Position numbers and translations under genes: made by a program. Shown here in pieces: positions 27,115 through 36,297 of a stretch of DNA of 64,000 nucleotides. Origin of the DNA: Smithellaceae bacterium (GTDB taxonomy: Bacteria; Desulfobacterota; Syntrophia; Syntrophales; Smithellaceae); NCBI GenBank assembly GCA_963682015.1, contig OY820932.1:3210386-3274385 (forward strand), given 5' to 3'. Numbering within the stretch: the first letter of the stretch is position 1; every line of letters starts with the position of its first letter. Below the pieces are notes generated by a model. The model did no database searches. It had not been told where the DNA came from and saw only the letters and a list, made by a program, of their open reading frames with translations.

Positions 27115-29991
27115 CTACTGTCCAAGGACTTCCCGTACTTTGGATGCCAGATCTCTCAGATGAAACGGTTTGGCGATGAACTGTATGCCCTCGTCCAGAA
27201 TTCCTTGGCTGGCAATTACTTCTGACGTATATCCGGACATATACAAACACCTGAGGCCCGGTCTGATGGCACCAATCCGATCCGACATGTCCCGTCCGTT
27301 CATATCCGGCATGACCACATCGGTAAGGAGCAGGTCGATGTTCCCGCGGTATTCCCTGACCAGCCGGATGGCCTGATCCGCTTTACTGGCCGCCAGAACT
27401 TTGTAGCCCAGACCTTCCAGCATTTCCGTACTGAGGCTTAAAACCGACTCTTCGTCCTCCACGATCAGGATGGTTTCAGTGCCCCCCTGTATTTTTCTGA
27501 AGGGTTTGTCGTCCGTGATTTCCATGCTTTCATCCAGGTGACGGGGCAGATAAATCCTGAATGTTGTGCCCTGGCCGGGAGTGCTGTGCACATCAATAAA
27601 TCCGCCATTCTGTTTGACAACGCCGTATACGGTGGCCAGGCCGAGGCCGGTTCCCTGACCCTCTTTCTTGGTGGTGAAGAACGGCTCAAAGATATTCGCC
27701 AGTATTTCTTTTTCCATTCCATGGCCGGTGTCGCTGACCGCCAGCATGACATATTCACCGGGAATGCACTCCAGCCGGCCGGCGCAGAAGGCTTCATCGC
27801 ACGGCATGTTGGAGGTTTCGATCACGATCTGTCCCGCTTTATCAATGGCGTCGCGGCCATTCACCGCCAGGTTGGCCAAAAGCTGGTCGATCTGGGACGG
27901 GTCAATTCGCACTTTCCACAGGTTGTGACCCGGGTGCCAGGCCAGGTCAATATTTTCGCCGATCAGCCTCTGAAGCATTTTGAGCATGCCGGTTACCGTG
28001 TCGTTGAGATCCAGCACCTTGGGACTGATGGTCTGTTTACGGGCAAACGCCAGCAGCTGTCGGGTCAGATCCGCGGAACGCATTCCCGCGTTCATAATCT
28101 GCTGCAGGGTTTGATAAAGGGGTTCCGAGTGCTTGACTCTGTTCATGGCCATTTCCGTATTGCCGATGATTACGCTTAACATATTGTTGAAATCGTGGGC
28201 GACGCCTCCCGCCAGGCGTCCGACGGATTCTATCTTCTGCGCCTGGGTCAGCTGTGTTTCCAGCTGCTTCATTTCAGTTAAATCGATCAAAGAGACGACG
28301 CTTTCCCTGGTTTTGGGAATGACGGCAACGCTCATGAAGAGATCTTTGATTTCACCTTTTTTTGTTATGGCGCGCAATTCATAGGAAGGCGGTACAGATT
28401 CCGGGTCGATCGCACGCATTCTCTGATTGTTTTTAACTCTTTCCAGATCTTCCGGCAAAACAAACTCCGTCCAGCTGATCTTCCCTTGCATTTCCTGCTG
28501 AGAATAACCCACCAGGTCGGAAAATTTCTGGTTCGCCATGCGGATGGTCGTGTCTTCAGCGACGATGATATTGGCTGTCGCCGTACCTTCAAAGATGGTT
28601 CTGTAGCGCTCTTCGCTTGTCCGTAGAGCATCCACCGCCTGTTTGCGCTCGGTGATTTCATGCGCAACAACATCGGAAGCGACAATATGACCTTCGGCAT
28701 TGTAAATATTTTTATTGTGCAGATGAATCCATCGATGCGTGCCTGTTTTATCGATAATTTCATATTCCACGGTTTGCGGCACTGTTTCTCCCCGGCCCAT
28801 TTTTTCCAGGCGCTCCAAAAACACGACTCTGCTTGCTTCCGTCAGGAATTCGATGGGGCTGCGGGAGGCAAGTTCTTCGCGGCTGTAGCCTGTATGCTCA
28901 CAGAATACATCATTGGCCTTCAAAATTTTCCCGCTCTTGAAGTCAATCCGGTAGATGGCAACCGGAGAATTTTCAAAGAGCTGCCGGTAATTGGACTCGC
29001 TTTCTTTCAATGCTTCTTCCACCCGCTTGCGTTCAGAGATGTCGCGCACAATGGTGAGCTGCCGCTGATCATCCATCGGTGTGACGCGCACTTCAAAATG
29101 CTTCTGTCCGCTTTGCACATCCAGGGAATACTCCAGAACCTGCGTTTGTTTTGTTTCCTGCGCTTTTTCAAAGCAATGAAGAATTCGCTGGGCCAGGGCG
29201 ACGGGAAGAATTTCGGAAACGGATTTGCCAAGAAACTGCTCCGGTTCAACCGCCAGCAGGTTTTTGTCCGTGGCATGATAGTCGAGATAGATTCCCGCCC
29301 GGTCGAAGATAAACATGATATCCGGTATGGCTTCGAGGAAGGAGCGGTTTCTGATTTCACTCTCCCGCAGAGCCTTCTCCGTTTCCAATCGATCAGAAAA
29401 CTGCTTGTTGGCGATGTCCAGGGCGTTGTCCCGGTCGCTGAGCGCAATATTCAGCGTGCCGGCCGTCAGAATCAGGGCGAAGACAAATTGAATCCAGTCG
29501 GTAAGAGGAGAGTGGAGAAAGTATGGGGAAGGCAGCCAGCCGTACATGGCCATCAGGGCCAGTCCCAGACCCGCCGCACAGCTTGCCGAGGCAACCCAGA
29601 TAGTCGCCCTTTCTCCCAGAAGCAGACCGGCCCAGACCGTCGTGGAAACGAGAAAGACGATATTGATATTATCCAGGCCGCCGCCCAAAAAAAGGAAAAC
29701 AACAAGGCTGAACCATATGCCGATAATGGCGCAGAGGGCTGCCGGACGAGCATGCCCGTTGCGCATCAACAGCTTGGCCAGAATCATCGTCGTCGCCAGC
29801 GCCAGGATAAAGAGGAAACTGCCCAGTTTTCTCTGGTACAGTAAGAGGGTTGCAATCAGTCCGAAGCCCGTCACAATGGCGATAATCAGGATCACGCGAT
29901 TCAGCACGTTGTCCATGCTCACGACAATTTTCGGTATTGCATCGGAATTCTTTGTGACCGTATCCTGACTTTTCCGGGATGGATCTGTCAC
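27115..29991 (-). CDS. Hybrid sensor histidine kinase (polytopic N-terminus, 3 PAS, HisKA, HATPase, C-terminal receiver)
   Basis: H-box VAHDFNNMLSVIIGNTE, G-boxes DTGHGM / GTGLGLATVYG, receiver ILIVEDEE...LLLTDVVMPDMNG. Repeated PAS signatures with coiled linkers. Confidence 0.9.
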   Translation of the reverse strand: MTDPSRKSQDTVTKNSDAIPKIVVSMDNVLNRVILIIAIVTGFGLIATLLLYQRKLGSFLFILALATTMILAKLLMRNGHARPAALCAIIGIWFSLVVFLFLGGGLDNINIVFLVSTTVWAGLLLGERATIWVASASCAAGLGLALMAMYGWLPSPYFLHSPLTDWIQFVFALILTAGTLNIALSDRDNALDIANKQFSDRLETEKALRESEIRNRSFLEAIPDIMFIFDRAGIYLDYHATDKNLLAVEPEQFLGKSVSEILPVALAQRILHCFEKAQETKQTQVLEYSLDVQSGQKHFEVRVTPMDDQRQLTIVRDISERKRVEEALKESESNYRQLFENSPVAIYRIDFKSGKILKANDVFCEHTGYSREELASRSPIEFLTEASRVVFLERLEKMGRGETVPQTVEYEIIDKTGTHRWIHLHNKNIYNAEGHIVASDVVAHEITERKQAVDALRTSEERYRTIFEGTATANIIVAEDTTIRMANQKFSDLVGYSQQEMQGKISWTEFVLPEDLERVKNNQRMRAIDPESVPPSYELRAITKKGEIKDLFMSVAVIPKTRESVVSLIDLTEMKQLETQLTQAQKIESVGRLAGGVAHDFNNMLSVIIGNTEMAMNRVKHSEPLYQTLQQIMNAGMRSADLTRQLLAFARKQTISPKVLDLNDTVTGMLKMLQRLIGENIDLAWHPGHNLWKVRIDPSQIDQLLANLAVNGRDAIDKAGQIVIETSNMPCDEAFCAGRLECIPGEYVMLAVSDTGHGMEKEILANIFEPFFTTKKEGQGTGLGLATVYGVVKQNGGFIDVHSTPGQGTTFRIYLPRHLDESMEITDDKPFRKIQGGTETILIVEDEESVLSLSTEMLEGLGYKVLAASKADQAIRLVREYRGNIDLLLTDVVMPDMNGRDMSDRIGAIRPGLRCLYMSGYTSEVIASQGILDEGIQFIAKPFHLRDLASKVREVLGQ

Positions 29992-30471
29992 CTGTGCTTC
30001 TCCTTCAGCCGCCAGCAGTTCTGACCGGATAGAAAATCTGCACCGGATTGGTTGCGGGGTGTTAACGCGCCGTTAATATAACTGAATATCCGCCGGGATG
30101 TCCACTGGAATGTTGGTGATCCGGCGTATTTTGCCGTTTGAAGTTACTGACCTTACATTCCTTTGCCACAGAGAATCGTGTGAAAAAATCATGATTCATG
30201 GCCATCTCCGGAGCCGTTTTCGAAAGTACCGGACCGCCGATATTGGCTTGTGCTTCTTTTTCCGCGGAAGGTTCCGGTTCTGGCGGTTTTCGGGCTTGTG
30301 CATATTTCCACCGGTGTGCCTTCTTTATTTGTTACTTATTTTTGCCCAAAAGGAAGTAGCGATATTTCGTCTGGCATGAGAGGTCTTCAAATTTCTCACT
30401 GGCGCGACAAGCCGGTACGCCCCGAAATGACGGTGATAATATTTCTGATATCCGTGGTGTGATAAAAAATA

Positions 30472-30510
30472 AAGAAGCCCGGTGGGTTTCCCCGCCGGGC
30501 TTCTTTTGAA
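30472..30510 (-). terminator. Terminator hairpin downstream of the porin gene
   Basis: AAGAAGCCCGGTGGG / CCCGCCGGGCTTCTT stem flanked by A-run and T-run (bidirectional shape). Confidence 0.75.
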
Positions 30511-30532
30511 CCTTTGACCTTGAACCTGAGTT

Positions 30533-31984
30533 CTAGAAAGTCAACGTCAGCTTGTTGATGAACAGGTAGTTGTCGCGCACCTGATGCAAATCGCTCTCGC
30601 CTCTGTAATACTTGCCGGTGAACAGGTAACCGCCGCCCAGCATGTAAGAAAGGTTGTTGGTGATTTTATACGTTGCGGTCAGGTCCACTTCATAGCCGTA
30701 ATCATTGTACTTCCATGCGGCGGTGGGTTTCTTGTCCGCATTGGCGTATGAAAAGGTCGCCATAATGTCCAGGTTGTCGATCGGTTTTACACCGGCGATC
30801 AACTGGAAGAACCAGGCGTTCTGCATGGGAGCGTCAACATAACCATAGGTATATTTGGGGTTGAGAACATAGGAGCCTGCGTTGTAACCGGTAATCATTC
30901 CGGCCCAGTCGTTGCGCTCCGAGTTGAACATGACCAGACAGGGTTTGAATTCCCTGCCGCCGTTGAGATAGCCGCCTTCCGCCTTGTCCGTGGTTCCGGG
31001 ATCATCCCCCGACACATAGGCCGCGATACCTCCGACATAAACGAAACCGAAATCGGCAATCGCTTTAGCATATGCCTGCAGGTTGGTCAGCTTCATATCA
31101 TAATAATAGGGATGCTGACCCTCATACTTGATCCAGTCGCCTACAGCGTAATCCACTTCCGCTTCAAATTTAACCGGACCGATCTTACCTCTGATGTATG
31201 GCTCAAAGATATGGGCTACGTTGAGATAGCCGTAGTCGCTCCAGACCCAGCCGGTGGGGCCCAGCACCCATCCCGTATAGCCGCTTTTGCCCGAAGCATA
31301 ACGCGCATAATCATACATAAAGGCGATTTCCACGTTTTTAATACCGTAATAATGAACACCTATCTGGTATTCGTCATTGTCACGATCCGCCGTAAAAGGG
31401 GATGTGGAATTCTTAGCGGTGTAACTGTTATCGTTTATTTTAACTATCTGACCCCAGACATAGAGGTAGGCAGGCGCAAAATATTTGCCCCAGAAGAGCA
31501 GGCCCGCCGGTTTCCCGTTATTGGCAAAGTCCGGTCCCCATAACGCCTTTTCCTTATAACCGACTTTGAATTCACCGATGGGCGATACATAATGGACATA
31601 AGCTTCATCAAACGCGATGTTTTCGTTTTCAGCAAAGGTGCCCGCTGAATCCGGCGCCTCCGGCGCTGCCACCCAGGTTTTGGTTGTGGAATTATAAACC
31701 ATCGATGCCGACCGCGGAGCGCCCCAGGCTCTTTCCATGGCGTCAAAACGGGTGATCAGTTTCAGGCCCGGATGAACGATGAACTCCGTCTGAACGCGCA
31801 GCCGCTGATAGTAAAAAGCGGTGCTGACTCCGTCGCAGCCGGAATCTTTCATGACGGTTGTCTTATCCTGGTACATTCCGGCTGCATAAAACGATCCACT
31901 GAACTTTACATCAACCGCCGCGGCCGGCACGCTAAAGGCGATGATCAGTCCCAATGCAATCAAAACCAATCCAAATCTCTTCAT
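30533..31984 (-). CDS. Outer-membrane beta-barrel porin candidate
   Basis: ATG 31984 gives the signal peptide MKRFGLVLIALGLIIAFSVPAAA. Alternating amphipathic strands rich in Y/G/N, with the C-terminal LTLTF (terminal Phe) typical of OMPs. Confidence 0.65.
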   Translation of the reverse strand: MKRFGLVLIALGLIIAFSVPAAAVDVKFSGSFYAAGMYQDKTTVMKDSGCDGVSTAFYYQRLRVQTEFIVHPGLKLITRFDAMERAWGAPRSASMVYNSTTKTWVAAPEAPDSAGTFAENENIAFDEAYVHYVSPIGEFKVGYKEKALWGPDFANNGKPAGLLFWGKYFAPAYLYVWGQIVKINDNSYTAKNSTSPFTADRDNDEYQIGVHYYGIKNVEIAFMYDYARYASGKSGYTGWVLGPTGWVWSDYGYLNVAHIFEPYIRGKIGPVKFEAEVDYAVGDWIKYEGQHPYYYDMKLTNLQAYAKAIADFGFVYVGGIAAYVSGDDPGTTDKAEGGYLNGGREFKPCLVMFNSERNDWAGMITGYNAGSYVLNPKYTYGYVDAPMQNAWFFQLIAGVKPIDNLDIMATFSYANADKKPTAAWKYNDYGYEVDLTATYKITNNLSYMLGGGYLFTGKYYRGESDLHQVRDNYLFINKLTLTF

Positions 31985-32175
31985 TCTTCCCTCCAGTAAG
32001 GCTAAGTTCACTTCTCCGGCCTCCACATTCCAAAGACCGCTTCATGCGCTAATCTCCCGATAATAGTGAATATTTCACTTTCTCATGACTGCTTCCGCAG
32101 CGGGGATCAAGCACTACCTGATACCAGTCATCACTTTCGGACAATAAGTGCTGACTGACTTAACGGAAGGGCATA

Positions 32176-32190
32176 GCATGTTCCATGCCG
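32176..32190 (-). promoter_or_regulatory. sigma-54 (-24/-12) promoter of the porin gene
   Basis: The minus strand reads cGGCAT-GGAAC-ATGC, about 190 nt upstream of ATG 31984. Confidence 0.6.
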
Positions 32191-32329
32191 AGCAGCCGTT
32201 TCACGAATCTGTGTTTTATGTTGTTGATTATACTTTGTTATTTTTATAGATGGCGGTTTGTAAACAGTTAGGAATCATGAAGTGTCCTATTTTGAGACCA
32301 ATGATGTATCTTTTACAATGTTCCTGGTT

Positions 32330-32360
32330 GAATTTGTGTCCTATAATAGGACACAAATTC
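32330..32360. promoter_or_regulatory. Perfect 31-bp palindrome containing the TGTCC-N7-GGACA dyad (activator site, possibly also the esterase terminator)
   Basis: GAATTTGTGTCCTAT-A-ATAGGACACAAATTC. Its centre is about 156 bp from the porin -24 GG, and it overlaps the esterase stop codon (32359-32361) by 2 nt. A weaker half-matching site lies at 32283-32299. Confidence 0.7.
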
Positions 32361-33924
32361 AACCCATCTTTTCCAAATCATCCATGAAATCACATTCCTT
32401 GTTCTTGATATTTTTTTCAGTGGTAATCGGGTTATTCAGCATAAGACAGGCTTCATTTTCTGTCTCGTAGCGCGGCCAGCGGATGGCGCCGCTGCCGTTC
32501 GGATCACCATTTCTTGCAAAACGCACCCAGTAATCCATGACCCGGTCCGATAGCATTTTATCTTCGTTTTCCATACCCGGCAGAGCCATGAAGTGAAAGA
32601 CATAAGGGAGTTCTGCGGCGTGATAACATCCGAAGCGTTCTTTCCAGTCCGGAATGCCGGGAATCATGTAAAGGAAGAATTTAGGAGACATGGCAAAAAG
32701 GTAGCGGTATGTATTCGGCTGAACGAGAGACATGCTGCGAGACGAATGCCTTGCGCCGCAAAGGAATCCGCTTTCCCAGAGCTGACTGACGGCCTGCGCC
32801 GCTGTCTGCATATCCCGGGCGTCAAAATAATCAAGCACTTTATTTGCTGCCGGACCCAGGACACGTTTCATATAATTTTTATATCCGTCCAGATCCGGGT
32901 TGTTTAAGAAGGCCAGAAATTGAAACAGGGTTCCTTCGTCCAGCGTGGTGCCGCAAAGGAAGGGAACGTTATGCTGCAGACCTTTTCGGAAAATTTCTCC
33001 CGGTGCGTCCGTTATCACCCGGCCGTCGATGATCTGGTGATTGATCATCCAGCTTCCGGAAATGCCCGCGCCGGTGATGTCGTTTTCAATGGTTTTGAAC
33101 CATTCGTTCACCAGCTTCCCGGCGGGCAGTGCCCGCATTTTTTCCACCACGCCTTTGTCACCGGTCAGTCCCAGTGCTTTGGCATACTTCCTTCCCAGTG
33201 ATTCGGCGCTCGCCAGATGACCGTTTGGCTCAGCCAGCTTTCTCAGGAGCCGGGGAGTATTTCCGCCGCTCTGGACGATAGCCCGGTGGAAAAGACCCGC
33301 GGCCAGGGGGGAGCTCATCAGGGCAATAATGCTTGCTCCTCCGGCGGATTCACCAAACAGGGTCACAAGTTCCGGATTGCCGCCGAATGCCCGGATGTTG
33401 GCCCTGACCCAGTGCAGAGCCTGGATTTGATCCAGCAGGCCATAGTTGCCGGAACAATAATTTAAAGATTCTTTCGAAAGTTCGGGATGGGCAAAAAAAC
33501 CCAGGATGTTCATTCGGTAATTGATGGTAACAACGATTACTCCCCTGCGAGCCAGAGGTGCGCCGTCAAAAATCGGCATCGATCCGGCTCCCGTGCTGAA
33601 TCCTCCCCCGTGGATCCAGACCATGACGGGGTTTCCGGCGGGTGTCGTTGTTTCCGGCGCCCAGATATTCAGATAAAGGCAATCCTCGCTCATGGGACCG
33701 GGAGCGGGGCCAAGTGCTTCATTTTGAATGCAGACGGGACCGAATTGAAAGGCTTCTAACGGTTTCTGACGGGAGAGGGGCGGTTCAGGCGGTCTCCAGC
33801 GGAGGTTTTCCACGGGAGGAGTGGCATAGGGTATGCCCCTGAAGACGGCAATCCCCTGAATAATTTTCCCGATAACCGGACCTTCCTGCGTTTCAACAAT
33901 CTTGTGCAGTATCTCTTTTTCCAT
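32359..33924 (-). CDS. Type-B carboxylesterase/lipase family protein (cytoplasmic)
   Basis: IHGGGF oxyanion motif and nucleophile elbow FGESAGGAS. 521 aa, no signal peptide. Confidence 0.9.
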   Translation of the reverse strand: MEKEILHKIVETQEGPVIGKIIQGIAVFRGIPYATPPVENLRWRPPEPPLSRQKPLEAFQFGPVCIQNEALGPAPGPMSEDCLYLNIWAPETTTPAGNPVMVWIHGGGFSTGAGSMPIFDGAPLARRGVIVVTINYRMNILGFFAHPELSKESLNYCSGNYGLLDQIQALHWVRANIRAFGGNPELVTLFGESAGGASIIALMSSPLAAGLFHRAIVQSGGNTPRLLRKLAEPNGHLASAESLGRKYAKALGLTGDKGVVEKMRALPAGKLVNEWFKTIENDITGAGISGSWMINHQIIDGRVITDAPGEIFRKGLQHNVPFLCGTTLDEGTLFQFLAFLNNPDLDGYKNYMKRVLGPAANKVLDYFDARDMQTAAQAVSQLWESGFLCGARHSSRSMSLVQPNTYRYLFAMSPKFFLYMIPGIPDWKERFGCYHAAELPYVFHFMALPGMENEDKMLSDRVMDYWVRFARNGDPNGSGAIRWPRYETENEACLMLNNPITTEKNIKNKECDFMDDLEKMG

Positions 33925-34001
33925 TTTCCACTTTATTCAATCAAGGTTCTTGCACCGGTTGGTCACTTCACAGACCGACGGCTGCAATCCGTAAACATCC
34001 A

Positions 34002-34016
34002 GCATATAACATGCCA
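34002..34016 (-). promoter_or_regulatory. sigma-54 (-24/-12) promoter of the carboxylesterase gene
   Basis: The minus strand reads TGGCAT-GTTAT-ATGC, about 80 nt upstream of ATG 33924. Confidence 0.65.
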
Positions 34017-34075
34017 TCGGGATGCCGGTACGTTTTTTCGTTTCAGCAAACCATGTGAATATATCGCAATGCGTG

Positions 34076-34091
34076 TGGCACCGACTTTGCA
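34076..34091 (+). promoter_or_regulatory. sigma-54 (-24/-12) promoter of the CocE/NonD hydrolase gene
   Basis: TGGCAC-CGACT-TTGCA is a perfect match to the canonical TGGCAC-N5-TTGCW, 68 nt before ATG 34159. Confidence 0.8.
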
Positions 34092-34158
34092 AGTAACGCA
34101 ACTTTAGTTTTTTGCCAGGATCATCAAAGCATCAGAGCGAATTTTGTCAGGAGGAATA

Positions 34159-36168
34159 ATGAAAAAGCAAGCTTTATTGAAGTCCTTTGTTCTGATCTGT
34201 TTCAGTTTGATTCTTTGTCAGTATGGATGCAGTCAAATATCGACGACAACCTTAGCACGTCAAAGTACCTATTTTACCTATTCCGGTTATTCGGAAAAAC
34301 AATACAAAAGTTCGACCAAATTGTCGCGATTTCTTGAGATGCAGGACGGCGTCAAACTGGCCGTAGACGTCTATCTGCCGGCTGACGGTCCTAAAAACGG
34401 CCCGTTTCCGACGGTCTTTATATTTACTCCGTATGGCCGGGCTTTGATCAATCCGAAACTGGGCAAGATTGTGTCCGGTCATTTCGAAACACCGAAGTTT
34501 CTGGCCTACGGGTACGCCGTTGTCATTGCGGATTTTCGCGGAACCGGCGCATCATTTGGAACGTTTTTATTCTCGGATTTGCATATCGGCAAAGACGCCA
34601 GGGAAATTATCGACTGGATTGCCGGTCAGTCATGGAGTGACGGCAGAGTGGGGATGATCGGTCAATCCTTTGTCGGGTACAGCCAGCTTGTGGCGGCTGC
34701 GCAAAAACCAAAAGCGTTGAAAGCTATCATTCCGGAAGTGATCAATTTTGAGGTGTATTCGGAAACGATTCGCCCCGGGGGCATTTTCCTGCAAGACTGG
34801 GTTCTTGGTTACGATAAATATCTGGGCACACGAAATTTAAACGGATTCGATGGAATGGTCCTGCCCGCAGCTCCGGTGATCGATGAGGACGGAGACGGTG
34901 AACTGGCCGATGAAATCCCGTTGATGACCAAGGGAGATCCGACCACTTTCCTGGATGACGGTCCTCCGACATATGCTGATGGAATTGTTCGCAAAGACAA
35001 TTATTATTATCGTGCTACGCTGGATCATACAAAGAATATGGCCTATAAGCTCTATGCCGAATACTTTCCTTATTGGGACACCGTGGATCCGGCGTTTCCG
35101 GATCAGACAGCCAGGAAGGGCAGCTCCGGTGCTCAGCTTAGAAACATTGCCGATGCCGGTATTCCCGTGTTACATCTGGGCGGCTGGTTTGACGGTTACA
35201 CCACGGGGACATTCAAGCTTCATGCAACACTTGCCCCGCATTCGACGTCAAGAGTCATTATGGCGCCCCGGTTTCATATCGGAATGCCCAGCGCCTACAG
35301 AGAGTATTTTTCCTATCAGGAAAATCTCTATAACCAGTTGTTTGTCGAAAAGCTCCGTTTCCTGGACCGGTATCTCAAAAATATCCCGAACGGCATCGAT
35401 CAACAGGATCCTGTTTATATTTATGTCATGAACAAAGGCTGGAGAGCCGAAAAGGAATGGCCGCTGGCGCGTCAGAAGATGACGGATTATTTCATGAGTG
35501 CCGAACACCGTCTGTCCACAACGCCTGCCGCCGAAGGATCTGATGATTACCGGGTCGATTTCACTCACAGATCGGCTTTCGGCAGCAACGATTCCTCACG
35601 ATTGCTTCTGGTTACTACGCCCGACAGGCTGATGATCCGAACGGCTCAGGACCTGAAAACGCTCAACTATGATACCCCCGCGCTGGAGACGGATATGGAA
35701 GTGACCGGCCATCCGATCATCCATCTCTGGGTGTCGTCCAATCAGAAAGACGGCGACTTTCATGTCTATCTGACGGATGTCGATCAAAACGGACAGTCCA
35801 TATATGTGACCGAAGGGAGGTTGCGGGCGGGTTGGAAAAACCTGCAAAACGCCGACGATCAGGTCAGCGGCGGTTTCAAGGTTCTGCCGGTATTGCCGTG
35901 GCATGGATACGCAAAAAGCCAGTATGTCGTGAATCCGCTGGCCAATAATCAGGTGATCAAACTGGAATTTGATCTGATGCCGACCTCGTGGGTTTTTAAG
36001 AAGGGACATAAAATTCGTGTAGCCATCGCCGGCGCGGACATCGGGAACTTTGAGCTGAATCCCGTGCTGGCGCCGCACAACAAAGCAAGCGAAGCGCCGA
36101 AGACCACCATTACCGTTCATCGAACGGGGGTTTACCCGTCGAAAATCGTTCTTCCGGTAATTCAATAA
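34159..36168 (+). CDS. CocE/NonD-family (S15 X-Pro dipeptidyl-peptidase-like) alpha/beta hydrolase, exported or anchored
   Basis: AGGAGGA RBS before ATG 34159, N-terminal hydrophobic signal MKKQALLKSFVLICFSLILCQYGC, nucleophile elbow GQSFVGYS, and a C-terminal jelly-roll-sized domain. Confidence 0.8.
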   Translation: MKKQALLKSFVLICFSLILCQYGCSQISTTTLARQSTYFTYSGYSEKQYKSSTKLSRFLEMQDGVKLAVDVYLPADGPKNGPFPTVFIFTPYGRALINPKLGKIVSGHFETPKFLAYGYAVVIADFRGTGASFGTFLFSDLHIGKDAREIIDWIAGQSWSDGRVGMIGQSFVGYSQLVAAAQKPKALKAIIPEVINFEVYSETIRPGGIFLQDWVLGYDKYLGTRNLNGFDGMVLPAAPVIDEDGDGELADEIPLMTKGDPTTFLDDGPPTYADGIVRKDNYYYRATLDHTKNMAYKLYAEYFPYWDTVDPAFPDQTARKGSSGAQLRNIADAGIPVLHLGGWFDGYTTGTFKLHATLAPHSTSRVIMAPRFHIGMPSAYREYFSYQENLYNQLFVEKLRFLDRYLKNIPNGIDQQDPVYIYVMNKGWRAEKEWPLARQKMTDYFMSAEHRLSTTPAAEGSDDYRVDFTHRSAFGSNDSSRLLLVTTPDRLMIRTAQDLKTLNYDTPALETDMEVTGHPIIHLWVSSNQKDGDFHVYLTDVDQNGQSIYVTEGRLRAGWKNLQNADDQVSGGFKVLPVLPWHGYAKSQYVVNPLANNQVIKLEFDLMPTSWVFKKGHKIRVAIAGADIGNFELNPVLAPHNKASEAPKTTITVHRTGVYPSKIVLPVIQ

Positions 36169-36201
36169 TACCCGAGGAGATTCACAATCAGCCCGTGAAA
36201 A

Positions 36202-36228
36202 AGCCCGGCGGAAAAATTCCGCCGGGCT
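36202..36228. terminator. Bidirectional terminator hairpin between convergent genes
   Basis: AGCCCGGCGG / CCGCCGGGCT, a perfect 10-bp stem with an A-run before it and a T-containing tail after it. Confidence 0.7.
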
Positions 36229-36297
36229 CTATCTTAACTAACAGCCAACAATCTGACAGCCTGCCGATTGTCACGGATATGCAGCCGGTTGAAAGGA

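Noticed and set aside
30188-30305. 35-codon, extremely basic minus-strand mini-ORF (MHKPENRQNRNLPRKKKHKPISAVRYFRKRLRRWP) in the 540-bp leader upstream of the hybrid kinase. I also searched this leader for a c-di-GMP riboswitch-like sequence.
   Set aside because: The RBS spacing is marginal, there is no conservation evidence, and the composition could arise by chance in this A/G-rich stretch. No GEMM-like conserved core (ACGCAAAGC) was seen on either strand.
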